Source: a virus | Lineage: Duplodnaviria > Caudoviricetes | Length of the DNA stretch: 40,510 nucleotides | Direction: 5' to 3' (one strand) | IMG/VR virus record: IMGVR_UViG_3300025112_000051 | Span: 1 to 40,510 of that record | Shown: in pieces, positions 24,192 to 33,203 of the stretch | How positions within the stretch are numbered: the first letter of the stretch is position 1 | Layout of the letters: the number at the start of each line of letters is the position of its first letter | Translations under genes and position numbers: made by a program | Notes under the pieces: generated by a model | Database searches by the model: none | What the model saw: the letters and a program-made list of their open reading frames with translations, nothing else | What the model was told of the DNA's origin: nothing

Positions 24192-27157
24192 TAGGCTACC
24201 TCCCCAACCTCTTCAGGTTCCTCTTCATCATACGCGTCACGCACTTTCTTGCGGAATCCAGGCGCCCATTCTCCTATGCTCCGAAGATGCGCTACCATCT
24301 TGGAGCCCCCCTCTTTACCAGGAACCGCTGGTTGAACAGGGCTGCCGTTCTCTGCCACCGAATCCTTTTCGGTCGACTCAGGAAACTCCCGCTTGAGCTG
24401 CTTGCCCAGCTTCCGCCTCGCGACGACACCCTTCAATCCCTTCTTTTCTCGCGCCAAAGCCGCTTGTGCCACTGTCCTCATGCGAGGGTCTGCCTCTAAT
24501 GTTTCAACGGTCTCCCCTGCAGCAAGCCTTTCCGCGTACTCTGCATACCCGCGCTCCATGCCCTTCTCCATGCGTGGAGACAGTGCCTTTCGCATGGCTG
24601 CACGACGCGCCTTCCGCGTCTCCTCAGCGGTTGGCTCAGCGTCAGCAGCTTCCTCGGCTGCAGGTGGCTCGGCAGGTGGCTTGGCCTCTGGCTCCACTGG
24701 CGGCTTGGGCTCAGCTGTGGGCTCGGGCTCAGGTTTGGGCTTGGGCTTGGGCTTGGGTGCCTCTGTCGCTTCCTCCTCGACTACAGGCTCAGGCTCAGGC
24801 TCAGGCTCATCCACAGCCTCTGGCTCAGGCTCAGTATCGAGTTCATGCTGGCGCCCCGTAAAATCCGCCTCGTCTACGTCGAGCGGACCACCCTGCCTCG
24901 CCTCGGCCTCCTCTTCAGCAAGGTCTGCCTCAGCCGCCTCATCTCGCGTAGTAGCCTCAGCACCCCGCGTCATCTGCGCCTTCTGAGCCTTCAGTCTCGT
25001 CGCGGCTTCCCCCTGAGACAGTGTCTCACCGAGAACCACGCCGCCATCAGGTGACGCAGCCGCCTTCTCCAAGGCAACCATCTCATCAGCAAACTCGATC
25101 TCCTCTCGCCTCTTATCCTGCGCTCGCTTCTCTGCCTTCGCTGCGTCTTGTTTCGCCGCTGACTCAGCAATCTCCTCGGGTGTCGGCTCACGTCGACCTT
25201 CAAGGAAGGCGATGTAGTCATCGAAGGAGTTGGTGCGGGCCAGATTGGCGCCGTCAGCTGTGCGAACCTCTATGTTACCCGTGTGGTAGGAGAACTGACT
25301 CGGAGCCTCCGCGGGGTCAACTTGCTCTGGAGGTGCCTCCATAGCCGAGTAGAGCCGAGCCCACTTCGCGTCAGCCATCGTGGTGCCAGAGCGCGCTGCA
25401 ACGACGGTAACTGGACCATCGATCTGGTCCGCCTTGAATATCTGCAGCCCAGTCGGCGTGAGAATCTCGATGTAGCCATCATCGTACTCAGGGTTCACCT
25501 CATGGTTGCCCTGGGGCTTCATCTTCTCGCCTGACATCTCATAGGTGCCAGGTACCTCCTTGCTATATGTAATCGTGCCCAGCTTCGCCTTGTGCGCTTC
25601 CCATGCCGCGGGGTCGAGGTACTCAGCGGCGTCGTCAGCCAGCAGCTCATGGAGAGCAGCCGCTGACTCGATCGAAACTGGCCTGCCATCACGCATGACG
25701 ACCTCACCCGCCTCGATGATAGCGCTAAGGTCCCACTCATAAGATGCCGCCGCCTGTGCCATCTCCTGCGATGACAGGGTTACCGCGTCTGCACCATGGA
25801 TCAGGTGGTAGTCACCCGTGGTCGGGTCGTAGTACATGTGCTCTGGGCTGGGATCGTCATCGGAGTCATGCACGGTCAGCCTAATAAGACCCATCTCTTT
25901 CATCGCTTCGATACGGGCCGCCTCCTCGGGTAGGATTGTAGTACTTCTGGTTGGGCTCGTGACGTATGCATAATCCCCATTTTCATTGGCGATGGTGCCT
26001 GCACGGGCAGGGTCCATCTTCACCTGGAAGCGCACAAACTCACCAGTAGTTGCACCGGGAGAGCCGAGTCTGCCGTAGCGGTTGGGGTGAGTCACCTGGC
26101 GGTTGAACGCCATCACCGCCCGTTTATCGTGCTTGCCCACTACATAAGTGCCATCGGGCTGCACGTAGCCAAGATGCTTGAAGCCGTTCTCCTCTGCCCA
26201 AGAGCGGAAGCGCTCGTTCCCAATCGCTTTGGCCATGGTGTTTGCGTCATCACCACGGATCTTGCGACCGAGAAACTGTTGTGTTTTAAACACTTCGCCG
26301 TAGTAGGCATCGTCAGCTATCGCATCATCGAGCCGACGCTGAGCGTCTTCGATTGATCCCAAGCCCTCAGACTGCTGAAATCGTGGAAGCAGCTTGTCGA
26401 TCTCCGACTCCAGCTGCCGCGCTAACTCATCGCGCTTCTCGCCCTCAGGCGCGTCGCGCACCTGCTGAGCAATACCCGTGATCGTTGCCTCAGTCTTTCT
26501 GAAGGCTGACAGCTCGTTGACGTAAGTGTGTTGACCCGCGTTGGCTATAGTTAGCCATCTGTCCACCGCATTCTTCTGTGACGGGCCAAGCGCATCAAAC
26601 GAGGTCTTGTCAAAGAAGAGTTCGCCACTGTCATCGATGCCAAACGTACCCTCTACTCCTCGACCAACCTCGCTGAGAATGTTGAACATCTGCGAGTCGT
26701 CTACACGCCCAAGCGTGCCCGTCTGAGCCGCGTAAGCATTCATCGTCTGGTTGATCATCTCGCTCGTGCCACCCGACTGGTTGCCCTTCATGGCTTGAGT
26801 GTAGATGTAGCTGTGCGCCGGGCTGCGAGACTTGCTCAGGCTATTTCGGGCCGTAGTGAGGGCAACCTGCATCTTCGTCCAGTTGTCATACGCATTCTGA
26901 CGGTCCTTTGCTATCGACTCGCGCAGGTCATGCACGCTGCCGATCAGCAAAGCCTGCAGACGGATATCCTCGCGTAGCTGCTCCATGGCATAGCGATTCA
27001 GCTCACGTTCCTTGCCCTCCTTGTAGTTGCCGACAGTCTTGCCCAGCGAGCCATACAACTGATTTGTGGTCGCATCCGTCGTCTTCACATCCGGATCGAT
27101 TTGACCCCAGACTGACTTCGCCCACGTGTCCCAGAGGGGCTCTTTAAAAAACGCCAT
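24191..27157 (-). CDS. Large internal virion/ejection protein (988 aa)
   Basis: AAGGAG RBS; helical N-terminus, mixed middle domain, acidic Pro-Glu/Pro-Lys tail; position matches the middle ejection gene of podoviruses. Confidence 0.65.
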   Translation of the reverse strand: MAFFKEPLWDTWAKSVWGQIDPDVKTTDATTNQLYGSLGKTVGNYKEGKERELNRYAMEQLREDIRLQALLIGSVHDLRESIAKDRQNAYDNWTKMQVALTTARNSLSKSRSPAHSYIYTQAMKGNQSGGTSEMINQTMNAYAAQTGTLGRVDDSQMFNILSEVGRGVEGTFGIDDSGELFFDKTSFDALGPSQKNAVDRWLTIANAGQHTYVNELSAFRKTEATITGIAQQVRDAPEGEKRDELARQLESEIDKLLPRFQQSEGLGSIEDAQRRLDDAIADDAYYGEVFKTQQFLGRKIRGDDANTMAKAIGNERFRSWAEENGFKHLGYVQPDGTYVVGKHDKRAVMAFNRQVTHPNRYGRLGSPGATTGEFVRFQVKMDPARAGTIANENGDYAYVTSPTRSTTILPEEAARIEAMKEMGLIRLTVHDSDDDPSPEHMYYDPTTGDYHLIHGADAVTLSSQEMAQAAASYEWDLSAIIEAGEVVMRDGRPVSIESAAALHELLADDAAEYLDPAAWEAHKAKLGTITYSKEVPGTYEMSGEKMKPQGNHEVNPEYDDGYIEILTPTGLQIFKADQIDGPVTVVAARSGTTMADAKWARLYSAMEAPPEQVDPAEAPSQFSYHTGNIEVRTADGANLARTNSFDDYIAFLEGRREPTPEEIAESAAKQDAAKAEKRAQDKRREEIEFADEMVALEKAAASPDGGVVLGETLSQGEAATRLKAQKAQMTRGAEATTRDEAAEADLAEEEAEARQGGPLDVDEADFTGRQHELDTEPEPEAVDEPEPEPEPVVEEEATEAPKPKPKPKPEPEPTAEPKPPVEPEAKPPAEPPAAEEAADAEPTAEETRKARRAAMRKALSPRMEKGMERGYAEYAERLAAGETVETLEADPRMRTVAQAALAREKKGLKGVVARRKLGKQLKREFPESTEKDSVAENGSPVQPAVPGKEGGSKMVAHLRSIGEWAPGFRKKVRDAYDEEEPEEVGEVA
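24711..24835. repeat. GGCTCA / GGGCTT hexamer repeats encoding (EP)n and (KP)n linker
   Basis: Direct tandem hexamers inside the 988-aa ORF. Confidence 0.7.
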
Positions 27158-27169
27158 GTTTGCTCCTTC

Positions 27170-27694
27170 CTACACCACAGGAACTGTCGGACCGGCTGAC
27201 CCTGCAGCAGTCACAGCTTGCTTCTGTCCTGCAGCGGCCTGGCCCAACCCGGCTGTGATACCAGTGGTGAGTCCACCACTCGCCAGATTGATGGCAGTCG
27301 CCCAGTCCCCCGCCACCTTACGCCGCTGCGCTTCTAAGCCAGCGACGATCTGCGCCTCCTCCTGCAGCCCCAGCTGCTGCGACCCCTTCTCTATGCTGGC
27401 TGCTGCCTGACCACGAGCTGCCAGCTTCTGTTCGAGGCTGGCATCCTCGTCCTGAGTCGCGCGAACAATCTCACGCATCGCATCTCGCTTCTGCTGCGCA
27501 TTCAGGCCAAGATCACCGCGCTCCATCTTGGCGACGTCCTTCTTCAGCTTCTTCCTGTACGTCTTGCCCGTCTTACCGCCTCTCGCCGAGATCCCTGTAC
27601 CAATGGCGCCAGAAACACCGATGCCACCAGCAATCAGCCCAGCAGCCACAGCAGGTGCGATTATAAACAGCAAGTCACGTTCGTAGCGGATCAT
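27170..27694 (-). CDS. Small ejection protein (P22 gp7/T7 gp14-like layout)
   Basis: GAGGTG RBS before ATG 27694; Gly/Ala-rich hydrophobic N-terminal and C-terminal segments around a Gln-rich coil; TATACT box at 27713-27718 (- strand). Confidence 0.65.
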   Translation of the reverse strand: MIRYERDLLFIIAPAVAAGLIAGGIGVSGAIGTGISARGGKTGKTYRKKLKKDVAKMERGDLGLNAQQKRDAMREIVRATQDEDASLEQKLAARGQAAASIEKGSQQLGLQEEAQIVAGLEAQRRKVAGDWATAINLASGGLTTGITAGLGQAAAGQKQAVTAAGSAGPTVPVV

Positions 27695-27761
27695 GCAACA
27701 CCTCGGGGGTCCAGTATATCGTGCGTGGTGGCTGAACGGGCATCTGAGCCTCTCTGTGACC

Positions 27762-28511
27762 TCACAAGATGGTGAGCACCCGCGCGTTGCGAATGCCGGC
27801 TGTGAGCCGGGAATAGATTTGATGCTCGGCAGGAACATCGACCCCGATAACGGAGCGCGCAAACGTCTGGATGTTCTCGGTGGTGTCTACAGTCTCAGCA
27901 AACACCTTGAACACGAGATCATGCCACCCAGCAGATGCGCCTTCAGCCAGGTGCGACATGTCGAAGTGCAGCCCCGCCCGCTCCTCATACGAGGTTCCAG
28001 ACGAAGTGCCACCGGTGTACACAAGGAAGCTACGCGGAAGCCCGCGGCGAGTGTGTTCAAGCGCGGCACCGTCCAGGTGAGCTTCTACCGACAGGTTAGG
28101 CACAACCCGATATGGCGACGACGTCCCGTCGATCCTCGGTCGCCACACGCTTGCGAAGCAAGACCACTGCCACAGCGCCGCTGACACAGCGTAGGGGAAG
28201 TAGACACGCAATGCGCACCCGGCGATGGGCACAAAGATCTTATTGTCCTTATCAGATGAGATGGCATCGCTGAAGATGTCGATGTCGGAGTACTGAAACT
28301 CTTGGTGCCCCCGGAACACCTCACCAGGCAGCACATGGTCGGCTTGCACCTTGAAGCCTGAGTTGAGGTTCTCGATGGTGAGTCCTCCGTTCACCGTCGA
28401 CATGATGCCATCGCCAGTTGCAAGCTCGGAGTCGTAGATGTTGTCGTTGTGCCCGTCAGGGTCGAGCGTGTCGCCGTCTACATACGCGTAGGGAAGGGTG
28501 ACAAAAGGCAT
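27762..28511 (-). CDS. Tail appendage/structural protein
   Basis: N-terminal GDTLDPDGHNDN...GGLTIENL anchor-like segment plus beta-sandwich; related by eye to the two halves of the upstream gene. Confidence 0.55.
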   Translation of the reverse strand: MPFVTLPYAYVDGDTLDPDGHNDNIYDSELATGDGIMSTVNGGLTIENLNSGFKVQADHVLPGEVFRGHQEFQYSDIDIFSDAISSDKDNKIFVPIAGCALRVYFPYAVSAALWQWSCFASVWRPRIDGTSSPYRVVPNLSVEAHLDGAALEHTRRGLPRSFLVYTGGTSSGTSYEERAGLHFDMSHLAEGASAGWHDLVFKVFAETVDTTENIQTFARSVIGVDVPAEHQIYSRLTAGIRNARVLTIL

Positions 28512-28512
28512 G

Positions 28513-30015
28513 CTACACCCTCACCTGAATGACGTTGATGCAACCGTGCAGAAACTCAATCACTGAGCCGTCAGTAGTCCACTTCAGCGTGCTGCCGTAC
28601 ACACCGATAGACGCCATGTTCGAGATGGTGTTGCCATCCGAGTTGTCGATGACGGCAAACAGCGGAATGTCTACATGATCATCTGCTTCGCTGTAGACGT
28701 CACCGAGCGTGTTCCACCACAGATGATGGTTGGTATAGCCTTCAGTCGCCTGCATGACACTCGATGTGCCACTGTCATCTGTACGGAGAAGCGTGAAGCA
28801 TGCCACAGCATTGCCCTCCGATGGATACAAGGGACGGTGCACTCTTTGACAGCGCACGTTGGCTGTGACGATGAAGATGGCTTTCTCCGTCATGTCGAAC
28901 CCTGTTACCTCCAACTGCTTACCGTCAAGGTCATCGAGTAGATACCACCCAGTTGCGGCTCCCGATGGCACCGTAGTCACAGTCGCATCGCTGAACCCAG
29001 GATACTGGTTGTCGATAATCTTTTCTCCAAGGGCGGTGCCTAAAGAATCAGAGCCGATGGTAGCCTGCGCCGTGTACACGACTGGGCTGGGCAAGTGGTT
29101 GTGGTTCAGTGCACCACGCGCAAGCGAGCCGTCCTTGACCTCGTTCAGCGCATCCCGCACCTTCTTCAACCTGTCGGTGCCTATACTCGCGGCACTGAAT
29201 GCCTCCTCAGCCTCGAAGGCAGGTGCCTCTACAGCTGACAAAGTGCTTCCAGATGGAGCATGCGTCGGCATCTGTAGTGCAAACAGCTGACTGCTCAACG
29301 CGAACACGACATCATCGGTGGATTCGCGCTTGGTTATGTCAACTCGCCCCAACCGGCGGGCCACCAGCTCAATCGTGTGGACTCCCACCGCAGCCTCAAA
29401 GACAGCACCTACGCGAACGGACATCAGCTCAGGACCGCAGCCAGCCGCACCTGATACCTCGACAGCTGGACCCAAGACGGCACCACGCGGATTCAGCGGA
29501 CGGTACGCGTAAGACGACTGCTCGTACTCATTTGACCTCCCCGTGATCGACCACTCAAGAATGCTGCCGTCTACACGCAGCGCAACCTGTACCTGTGCAC
29601 CAGTCCACGCATCCCCATGGAGAAAGGGTGCCGCGGCAGCCCAGCCACAGCGACTGTACTGCAGTCGACCCACAATCCAGAGCTGTGCAACACCAGTCGT
29701 CAACGACGCCGTCTCGATGGTCTCCCAACCCCCACCTGACGCCAGCTCTATTGCATTGGCCGCCAAACTCGTTGGGTCTGGGGCTGTGTATGAGCCAGGT
29801 GATCCGAACCTCGGGTTCACCGCCGAGGTTGCCTTGACCCAAGTGAAGTACGCGCCTGTCTCCACAGACAAACCGCTTGTGATTGTGCTCGCCAAGTTGT
29901 GAGCGTTCAGCTTGCCAGAGGCCAGCTCAGCAGCCGGCACATAGTCTTCGTTCAACTCTACCGGGTCGAGTACATCGGCATCGTTCAGCTCACGCTTCGG
30001 AAAGATGTAGCTCAT
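28513..30015 (-). CDS. Tail appendage/structural protein with two internal modules
   Basis: Start MSYIFPK after GAGGAG RBS; two beta-rich halves preceded by GKLNAHNL and GALNHNHL. Confidence 0.6.
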   Translation of the reverse strand: MSYIFPKRELNDADVLDPVELNEDYVPAAELASGKLNAHNLASTITSGLSVETGAYFTWVKATSAVNPRFGSPGSYTAPDPTSLAANAIELASGGGWETIETASLTTGVAQLWIVGRLQYSRCGWAAAAPFLHGDAWTGAQVQVALRVDGSILEWSITGRSNEYEQSSYAYRPLNPRGAVLGPAVEVSGAAGCGPELMSVRVGAVFEAAVGVHTIELVARRLGRVDITKRESTDDVVFALSSQLFALQMPTHAPSGSTLSAVEAPAFEAEEAFSAASIGTDRLKKVRDALNEVKDGSLARGALNHNHLPSPVVYTAQATIGSDSLGTALGEKIIDNQYPGFSDATVTTVPSGAATGWYLLDDLDGKQLEVTGFDMTEKAIFIVTANVRCQRVHRPLYPSEGNAVACFTLLRTDDSGTSSVMQATEGYTNHHLWWNTLGDVYSEADDHVDIPLFAVIDNSDGNTISNMASIGVYGSTLKWTTDGSVIEFLHGCINVIQVRV

Positions 30016-30034
30016 ACGAAGGTCTCCTCTCCAC

Positions 30035-32119
30035 TCATACGTCTGACCGATGCGGGATGCGACCGCGCACGTTGCCCATCGTAGCCACACTGATGTCAAA
30101 AGCGAACGCAGCCAAGCGAATCCGCCTGGGTCGAGAGAGTGATATCTCAAACGCCCATGAGCTGACGTTCTCCAACCCCACCGGAATCTGACGCCAGAAC
30201 AGGCGCGGGTCATGCGTCTTTGCGGTGCCCAAGACGGCACTCCCTGCGATGTCAGTGACCACACGGCTGTCGTCGTCGGGCCCAATCGTGAGCACATCAG
30301 TCATCTCGGTGACCTCATTCCAAGACCCGTTGCGGTAGAACCTGATGGTGATGTCGCTGTTGTAGGCATCCAACATGCCGAGGTACATGGTGCGTACATG
30401 CATCGGTGTGAGCCCGGTCTCGTCACCGTAGAGCCATGCCGAACGGTAGATGATCTCTGCTGCCACCGAGAAGTTCTGCGTCTCATGGCCCATGACGAAC
30501 ACGTTGTGGCTCGGACTGGATACGGGCTTGTGTGTGCCGAACATCAACACGTACTGGCGCCAGTCGTCCGTCTGACAGATATCAGCGACGTGGATGTCAT
30601 AGGTTTGCCGACGCCAGCTGACGCCGTCAAAGACCAGAATCAACGTGTTGTAGTTCTCCCCTGCCGGTGAGACGGCGCATCTATACTCACCGCTGGTAGG
30701 GTCGATGGCTGCAACTGCCATCTGCATCCGTCCGCGGTTGACGCCATGCCGAATCGTCTTGTGAATCACATCACTCACGCGCGTGATGGTACCCCCCCGC
30801 ATCGAGTAGAAGCCGTCACGCCCCAACCAGATCAGAGCCCCATTTGAGAGCGCCTTGATGGACCTCGGAGCTACACACCCCACACCCTGCGCCAACGGTC
30901 GAGGCGCACCAAACTCGGCCAAGGAGTAGACACTGGAGGCGGTAAACGCGAGTAGCACGCCATCATGCGATGCCAGTCCCGTCACCTCAGCCCCGCCGCT
31001 GTCTGGTAGAACCCAATCTGCGGCTGTGAACGTACCAGGGAACCCCGGCGCAGACCGCCTGACCATGCCCGAGTTACCGATGATGTTGCCTATGACCAAG
31101 CGCCCCTGGTGGGTGCACATGACGCGAAAGACGGGCACGGCAACTGTCGCCGCCAGAGGGCTACCAAGCTCACTGTCAGAGAAGTTGTCGGGGAAGTTGA
31201 ACTCTCGATTACCCGGTACACGCGCCAAGAACCGAGCGGTGTTGTCATCGTGCTTGGTGTCTGGCGTTCTGTAGATTCGACAAGCAACCGCATGGTCGGG
31301 TCCATCTCCACTCACTCTCACGAGGAACTGTCGCCCCAAGTCCGAGATGCCTGCGCCCGATTGCGTTGTGCCGGATGTTGACCCTACAGCCAGCGCCTCT
31401 GCCTGAATCGTGCTGATGTCTACAGGGCTGCTGATCGGTGAGGCCTGCGACAGGTTCCCGAAGAGGTCCTCCCACTGTGTGTGGTAGTACCAGGTGCCCG
31501 TGAGCAGCGCGCCAGATGCACCATCAAGCGTGTCACCAGGGGTACCGATGCGACCCGCCCAAGAGTAGCCATACGCGTTCTCGTAGACGCTGGCGCGATC
31601 AACCACAGACGCGTTGGTCGGACCTTGAGCCAGTGGAGTCCCTGGTAGCGTCCTAAACCCCAAAGGATGAACAGCGCCATCATGGGTAATGACCCGAGCA
31701 TAGTCGATGCCGTTCGTCCAGATGATGCGGTCAGACAGCACAGCGAACTGGTCTGGGTAGCGAGGTCGACTCTCGTCAGACAGGCCAGTCTCAAGCGACT
31801 CCCACTCCCTCGACCAGCCGTTGTGACGGTACAAGACGCTACCTGCACGGATGATCAGGGTATCAGCAGTGCCACCCAACAGGTTAGCGTGGAAGATGCC
31901 GTGGGGCTCACCAAGCACATCAGCCGGATCCTGCTCCGCATTGGCCACTGTTCTTGATGGCTCGTATACGCAAGGTCCAGTGATGGACTGCAGAATGCCC
32001 TCTGTCGTGATCTCCAGGTTCTGCACCTTCTGCGCCAGCAAGCCGGGAGCAAAAATCTTCTGCGCTTCACCTGGTGGAACAACGTAGCGCAGAATCGTCT
32101 GGTCACCTGGACCCGCCAT
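30035..32119 (-). CDS. Tail nozzle/hub protein (T7 gp12 / P22 gp10-like beta-propeller)
   Basis: 694 aa all-beta; GVGCVAPRSI, IWLGRDGFY and HQGRLVIG propeller motifs; follows the adaptor. Confidence 0.7.
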   Translation of the reverse strand: MAGPGDQTILRYVVPPGEAQKIFAPGLLAQKVQNLEITTEGILQSITGPCVYEPSRTVANAEQDPADVLGEPHGIFHANLLGGTADTLIIRAGSVLYRHNGWSREWESLETGLSDESRPRYPDQFAVLSDRIIWTNGIDYARVITHDGAVHPLGFRTLPGTPLAQGPTNASVVDRASVYENAYGYSWAGRIGTPGDTLDGASGALLTGTWYYHTQWEDLFGNLSQASPISSPVDISTIQAEALAVGSTSGTTQSGAGISDLGRQFLVRVSGDGPDHAVACRIYRTPDTKHDDNTARFLARVPGNREFNFPDNFSDSELGSPLAATVAVPVFRVMCTHQGRLVIGNIIGNSGMVRRSAPGFPGTFTAADWVLPDSGGAEVTGLASHDGVLLAFTASSVYSLAEFGAPRPLAQGVGCVAPRSIKALSNGALIWLGRDGFYSMRGGTITRVSDVIHKTIRHGVNRGRMQMAVAAIDPTSGEYRCAVSPAGENYNTLILVFDGVSWRRQTYDIHVADICQTDDWRQYVLMFGTHKPVSSPSHNVFVMGHETQNFSVAAEIIYRSAWLYGDETGLTPMHVRTMYLGMLDAYNSDITIRFYRNGSWNEVTEMTDVLTIGPDDDSRVVTDIAGSAVLGTAKTHDPRLFWRQIPVGLENVSSWAFEISLSRPRRIRLAAFAFDISVATMGNVRGRIPHRSDV

Positions 32120-32635
32120 CTACCACTCCATGTACGAGTATGCGCTGATGGTCTCTGTAACCCCCGATCCCCCACCCATGACGAACTTGTACCGAAGCCC
32201 CGCCAGCACATCGAACTGGTAAGGCGTCTTGAAGGCGCCAGTGACACCTGCTGGGATTTGAGCGACCACGACTGTATTGTACGACCCGGAGGCCGCAGAT
32301 GTCTCGACCAAGCAGCTGATCACTGCAGTCACAGCCCCTGTCGCAGTCAGGCTGAAGTAGCCGAAGACGCGACGGGCCTTGCGCACCGTGCTCGCTGAGG
32401 TCGAGACCAGAACGCCTGAACCAGGCGGGGTAGCCATCTGCGTCAGCGCGGCGTTTGGTATCTCGCGGTAGGGGTGGACACCACTGTCCAAGGCTGCAGT
32501 AGAGCCATCAAACAGGTGGGCGTGAAGTGACCGCTGAGAAGCGGCTGAGACGCGCAGGTCGCGCGCTACGTCTGAGGCCAACGCCGTGCGCTTGACCTTC
32601 CCATAGCTGCCGTACCTGTCGCGGCGACCTGCCAT
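32120..32635 (-). CDS. Virion protein, basic N-terminus plus beta-sandwich
   Basis: 171-aa ORF abutting the nozzle gene. Confidence 0.5.
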   Translation of the reverse strand: MAGRRDRYGSYGKVKRTALASDVARDLRVSAASQRSLHAHLFDGSTAALDSGVHPYREIPNAALTQMATPPGSGVLVSTSASTVRKARRVFGYFSLTATGAVTAVISCLVETSAASGSYNTVVVAQIPAGVTGAFKTPYQFDVLAGLRYKFVMGGGSGVTETISAYSYMEW

Positions 32636-32641
32636 CTCATC

Positions 32642-33148
32642 CTACGCAGGCGCAGCCTGGTTGCGACCTTCCCACGCCTCTGCGAGGATCGTCGGTGCCT
32701 GCACGTTGCTCTTCAGCTCAGGCATGGTCCTGTAGACGCGGGACTTCCACGTCGGGTACTTCTCACCCTGCCGCGGCGTCGGCAGCGACTGCACAACGCG
32801 CTCTGCCTGGGATCGAGGCTCTCCAGTGACCTTCAGCGCTTCCTTGTCTATCTCACCCTCGAAGGCGCCCGTCTCCACGTTCCAGTAGATGCCTGGGGGC
32901 ACGTAGCAGTTGGCCTCTTTGTCGTAGACCCAGCCGAGAGGGCGCCAGTCGAAGTCACCCCGATGCTCTCGCGCAGACGTGACAAACTCCACGCCGTTGC
33001 GCGTCATCAGCACACCTTGCCAGCTGTTTTGTCCCGAGTGCATGATGCTGACGAGCATCGCCTGCTCGTGCATGGTGTTCAGATTCGTGCGCTCCATGGC
33101 GTCTCCCAAGTTCGGGTAGGGAAACTGATAGAGATAGGGTCCGCTCAT
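32642..33148 (-). CDS. Hypothetical protein
   Basis: AGGAG RBS before ATG 33148 (MSGPYLY); 168 aa. Confidence 0.55.
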   Translation of the reverse strand: MSGPYLYQFPYPNLGDAMERTNLNTMHEQAMLVSIMHSGQNSWQGVLMTRNGVEFVTSAREHRGDFDWRPLGWVYDKEANCYVPPGIYWNVETGAFEGEIDKEALKVTGEPRSQAERVVQSLPTPRQGEKYPTWKSRVYRTMPELKSNVQAPTILAEAWEGRNQAAPA

Positions 33149-33203
33149 TTTGGCTCCTGGTTGTCCTATCGAGGGTTGAGAGGTCGACGTCAGCTGAAGC
33201 AGC

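Noticed and set aside
24711-24835. Hexamer repeats as CRISPR or phase-variation locus
   Set aside because: In-frame codon repeats for a Pro-rich linker; no spacers and no frameshift potential.
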